Shown here: one piece after another, positions 61,713-64,000 of the stretch | Numbering within the stretch: position 1 is the stretch's first letter | Layout: every line of letters starts with the position of its first letter | NCBI RefSeq assembly: GCF_963921235.1 | Contig: NC_086097.1 | Span: forward strand, 113,400,001 to 113,464,000 | Source of the DNA: Mobula hypostoma | Lineage: Eukaryota | Direction of reading: 5' to 3' | DNA: 64,000 nucleotides | Notes under the pieces: model-generated | What the model was told of the DNA's origin: nothing | Seen by the model: the letters and a program-made list of their open reading frames with translations, nothing else | Database searches by the model: none | Position numbers and translations under genes: made by a program

Positions 61713-62648
61713 GGAGAATGCGGTTGAGAGAGGAAAAACAAAGCTGCCACGATCAAATAGTGGAGCAGACTTCATGGGCCAAGTGGCCTAATTCTGCTCC
61801 TATGTCTTATGTTCTTCTGGTTACACTTTTCACAGAAAATTTGAGTTTGTCAAATTCTCCAGGTTGCTTTGCCTAGTCCCACTGGAAGAAAGATATACAT
61901 GCAACACAAGAATGTAGAGATAGGGCTAGATAATTCCTGGAAATACGAGATTGTAGATGCTGGAATGTAGAGCAAAAAGCAAATTTCTTCTCGTATAACA
62001 AACCTGCCATGTCAAATATCAATCTTGTGATCCATTACTGCACTTCCTGTATTACATATATATCTTTAGTAGGAGACTAGGCATGCACAATATATATTAG
62101 CTGTGGTCTCACAAGGGCTCTGTGTAATTGGAGCAAGGTATGTCTATGCTCAATATAGAGCAGGTAATTTGGATAAGTAACCATATATGCATCTTAACTT
62201 CCAGTGATTTGCATACAGATATGCTCAGATTATTCTTAACATTATCACCTTGCAATCTTCCACTATTCTGAGAAAAAAAACTGCTTATTCTACCAAAATG
62301 GATGACTTCGTGTTTTTCCATATTAATTTTTTGCAAAGACTTTTTAATTGTAATTGTCGCGTAAAATTGTTCAAATAATTACGGCAGAATGCCTGACCAG
62401 ATTTACCATCTTTCAGGTGGAATGTGTAGCCTCATATTTGGATGATTGGTTTGGATATTACAGATATAATGGCATTACGTAAGGAAAGGCAAGGAGTTTG
62501 TCTCTAACACTTTCCGGTATTTTCAACCAAAATCAGATGAATTGGTATTTTGATTATAACTGTATGTTTGAAACCTTTACTTTCAAAACAGTAATTGTTG
62601 AGTTTAGTAGCATAATTCAGAAATTCAAAATTTTTGGTTATCTTTCAG

Positions 62649-62778
62649 GAATGAAGGCATTCACGGATTTTACAAAGGAATCGTTCCAAATGTGGTCAAA
62701 GTGACACCTGCATGCTGCATTACATTTGTAGTGTATGAAAACGTTTCACAGTTTTTATTTGGTTTGCGACAATCGTGA
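62649..62778 (+). CDS. SLC25A32: SLC25A32 exon 7, last coding exon, 130 nt including stop
   Basis: tttcag acceptor. Encodes [45 protein letters not shown]. The seven exons total 957 nt = 318 aa + stop, in one open frame. Confidence 0.96.
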
Positions 62779-63148
62779 ACCATAGTTTATTGTCAGAATT
62801 TGAAACAAAGTTTTATTATTTACTAAAGTCAGCAGGCACAAGGAAAACATAAGGTGCTTTCTAATTACTACTTGCAGCATTCCTGGTTGCAACAGTGATG
62901 TTTCAGCACCACGATTAAAATAATATTTATTTAACTGAATGAATCTGTAAAGCTTGCAGATAAATTATAAGTGCAATTCTAATTTTTTAAAGATTATATG
63001 TTAACTCAAGGATAAGATGTGTAATATTTCATAATTGTCCTTGTATCAATGTGTTGACACTATAATCAACAAGAAATCATTATCAAATATTAAGCAGTGT
63101 CAAGCTGAATTGCTTTTAAAAATGATTTGTATTCCTGCAATCTTTTGT

Positions 63149-63349
63149 AATAAATTACATTTGGTTATGGGTTGTTACTTCGGATATAAGAGTTTTATTC
63201 TAATGTAATTTAATAAGTAGAGTTACTTATGACTTAACAGGAAATATTGAGCTTTAGGAACATTTATAAGGTAACATGTAAATTTACTTTCATGATGTCA
63301 CTAAATCTACTTAGTGCTTTGAAGCTTGTAGGTAGGAGAACAGAATAAA
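63149..63349 (+). terminator. Candidate SLC25A32 polyadenylation signals (AATAAA at 63149-63154 and 63344-63349)
   Basis: Two AATAAA hexamers in the AT-rich 3' UTR. The first is followed by a GT-rich tract (ttggttatgggttgtt). Actual usage cannot be determined from sequence. Confidence 0.5.
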
Positions 63350-63569
63350 GACCTTATTTTTTTAAGACCTGTCCAATTATGTCTTGCCAACAAATTTGAT
63401 CAAAGAGTTTCAATAATGTGTTGAACTGATGGCTTCCATTAATCCATTATGAGTGCAGCTCTGTTTCCTGCAATATGATATGTACAGTTACATTTAAGCT
63501 TCGTTGTTAGTCTCAGCTGATTGCCATCGAGTGAGTTAAGTATCATTTCTGGAGCTGGATTTTCTTCAA

Positions 63570-64000
63570 TAACACAACCTTTTTTGCATCATAACATTTT
63601 GAGACCTGGGGGAGAGATTCAGCTGGAATAAGTCTGAACTGTTATTTCGCTGGGATATAAAAGCAAGAGTATATTGCTGGGGCTTTATAAGGTGTTGGTC
63701 AGACCACGTCTGGAGTATTATGAGTAGTTTTGGGCTGCATATCTGAGGAAGGATGAACTGGCATTGGAAAGGATCCAAAGTAGATTCACAATAATGATCC
63801 TGGTGATGAAAGGGTTAATTATATGTTGAGCTGTGGATGCCACTGGGCCTGTACTCGCCAGAGTTCAGAAAGATGAAAGAGGATCTCATTGGAACCTATT
63901 GAATATTGAAAGCCTAGATAGAGTGGGCATGGACAGGATGTTTCTGGCAATGGTGTCTAGGAGCAGAGCACAGAGCATTAGAATAAAAGGGTGTCCACTC
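63570..64000 (+). mobile_element. Decayed CR1 3' fragment downstream of SLC25A32
   Basis: LYKVLVRPRLEY-type remnant running to the end of the window. Confidence 0.75.

Overview
Repeat-rich vertebrate genomic DNA. The CR1, HE1/V-SINE-like and Penelope repeat landscape suggests a cartilaginous fish, possibly a ray (inference). Two genes sit head-to-head with 314 bp between their start codons. DCAF13 is on the minus strand (coding exons 1-2 visible; the rest presumably lies left of the window). SLC25A32, the mitochondrial folate/FAD carrier, is complete on the plus strand (7 coding exons, 318 aa, all GT-AG). The shared CpG-rich promoter has ETS, E-box, CRE and NRF1 sites. The introns hold young and old CR1 LINEs, an L1 with its 5' end and nested insertions, Rex1/RTE fragments, Tc1, pogo, hAT and Harbinger DNA elements, tRNA SINEs, and Penelope-type ends with minimal hammerhead ribozyme motifs. 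Three observations stand out. (1) In a young CR1, a correctly phased U_UUA_AAC slippery heptamer joins ORF1 to an ORF2 that has no usable AUG, suggesting -1 ribosomal frameshifting. (2) An L1 inserted into an antisense L1 is 5'-truncated exactly at the homologous site, forming a long hairpin. (3) A perfect 94-bp palindrome is built from hammerhead-bearing Penelope ends. All family assignments come from motif recognition by eye, not database searches.
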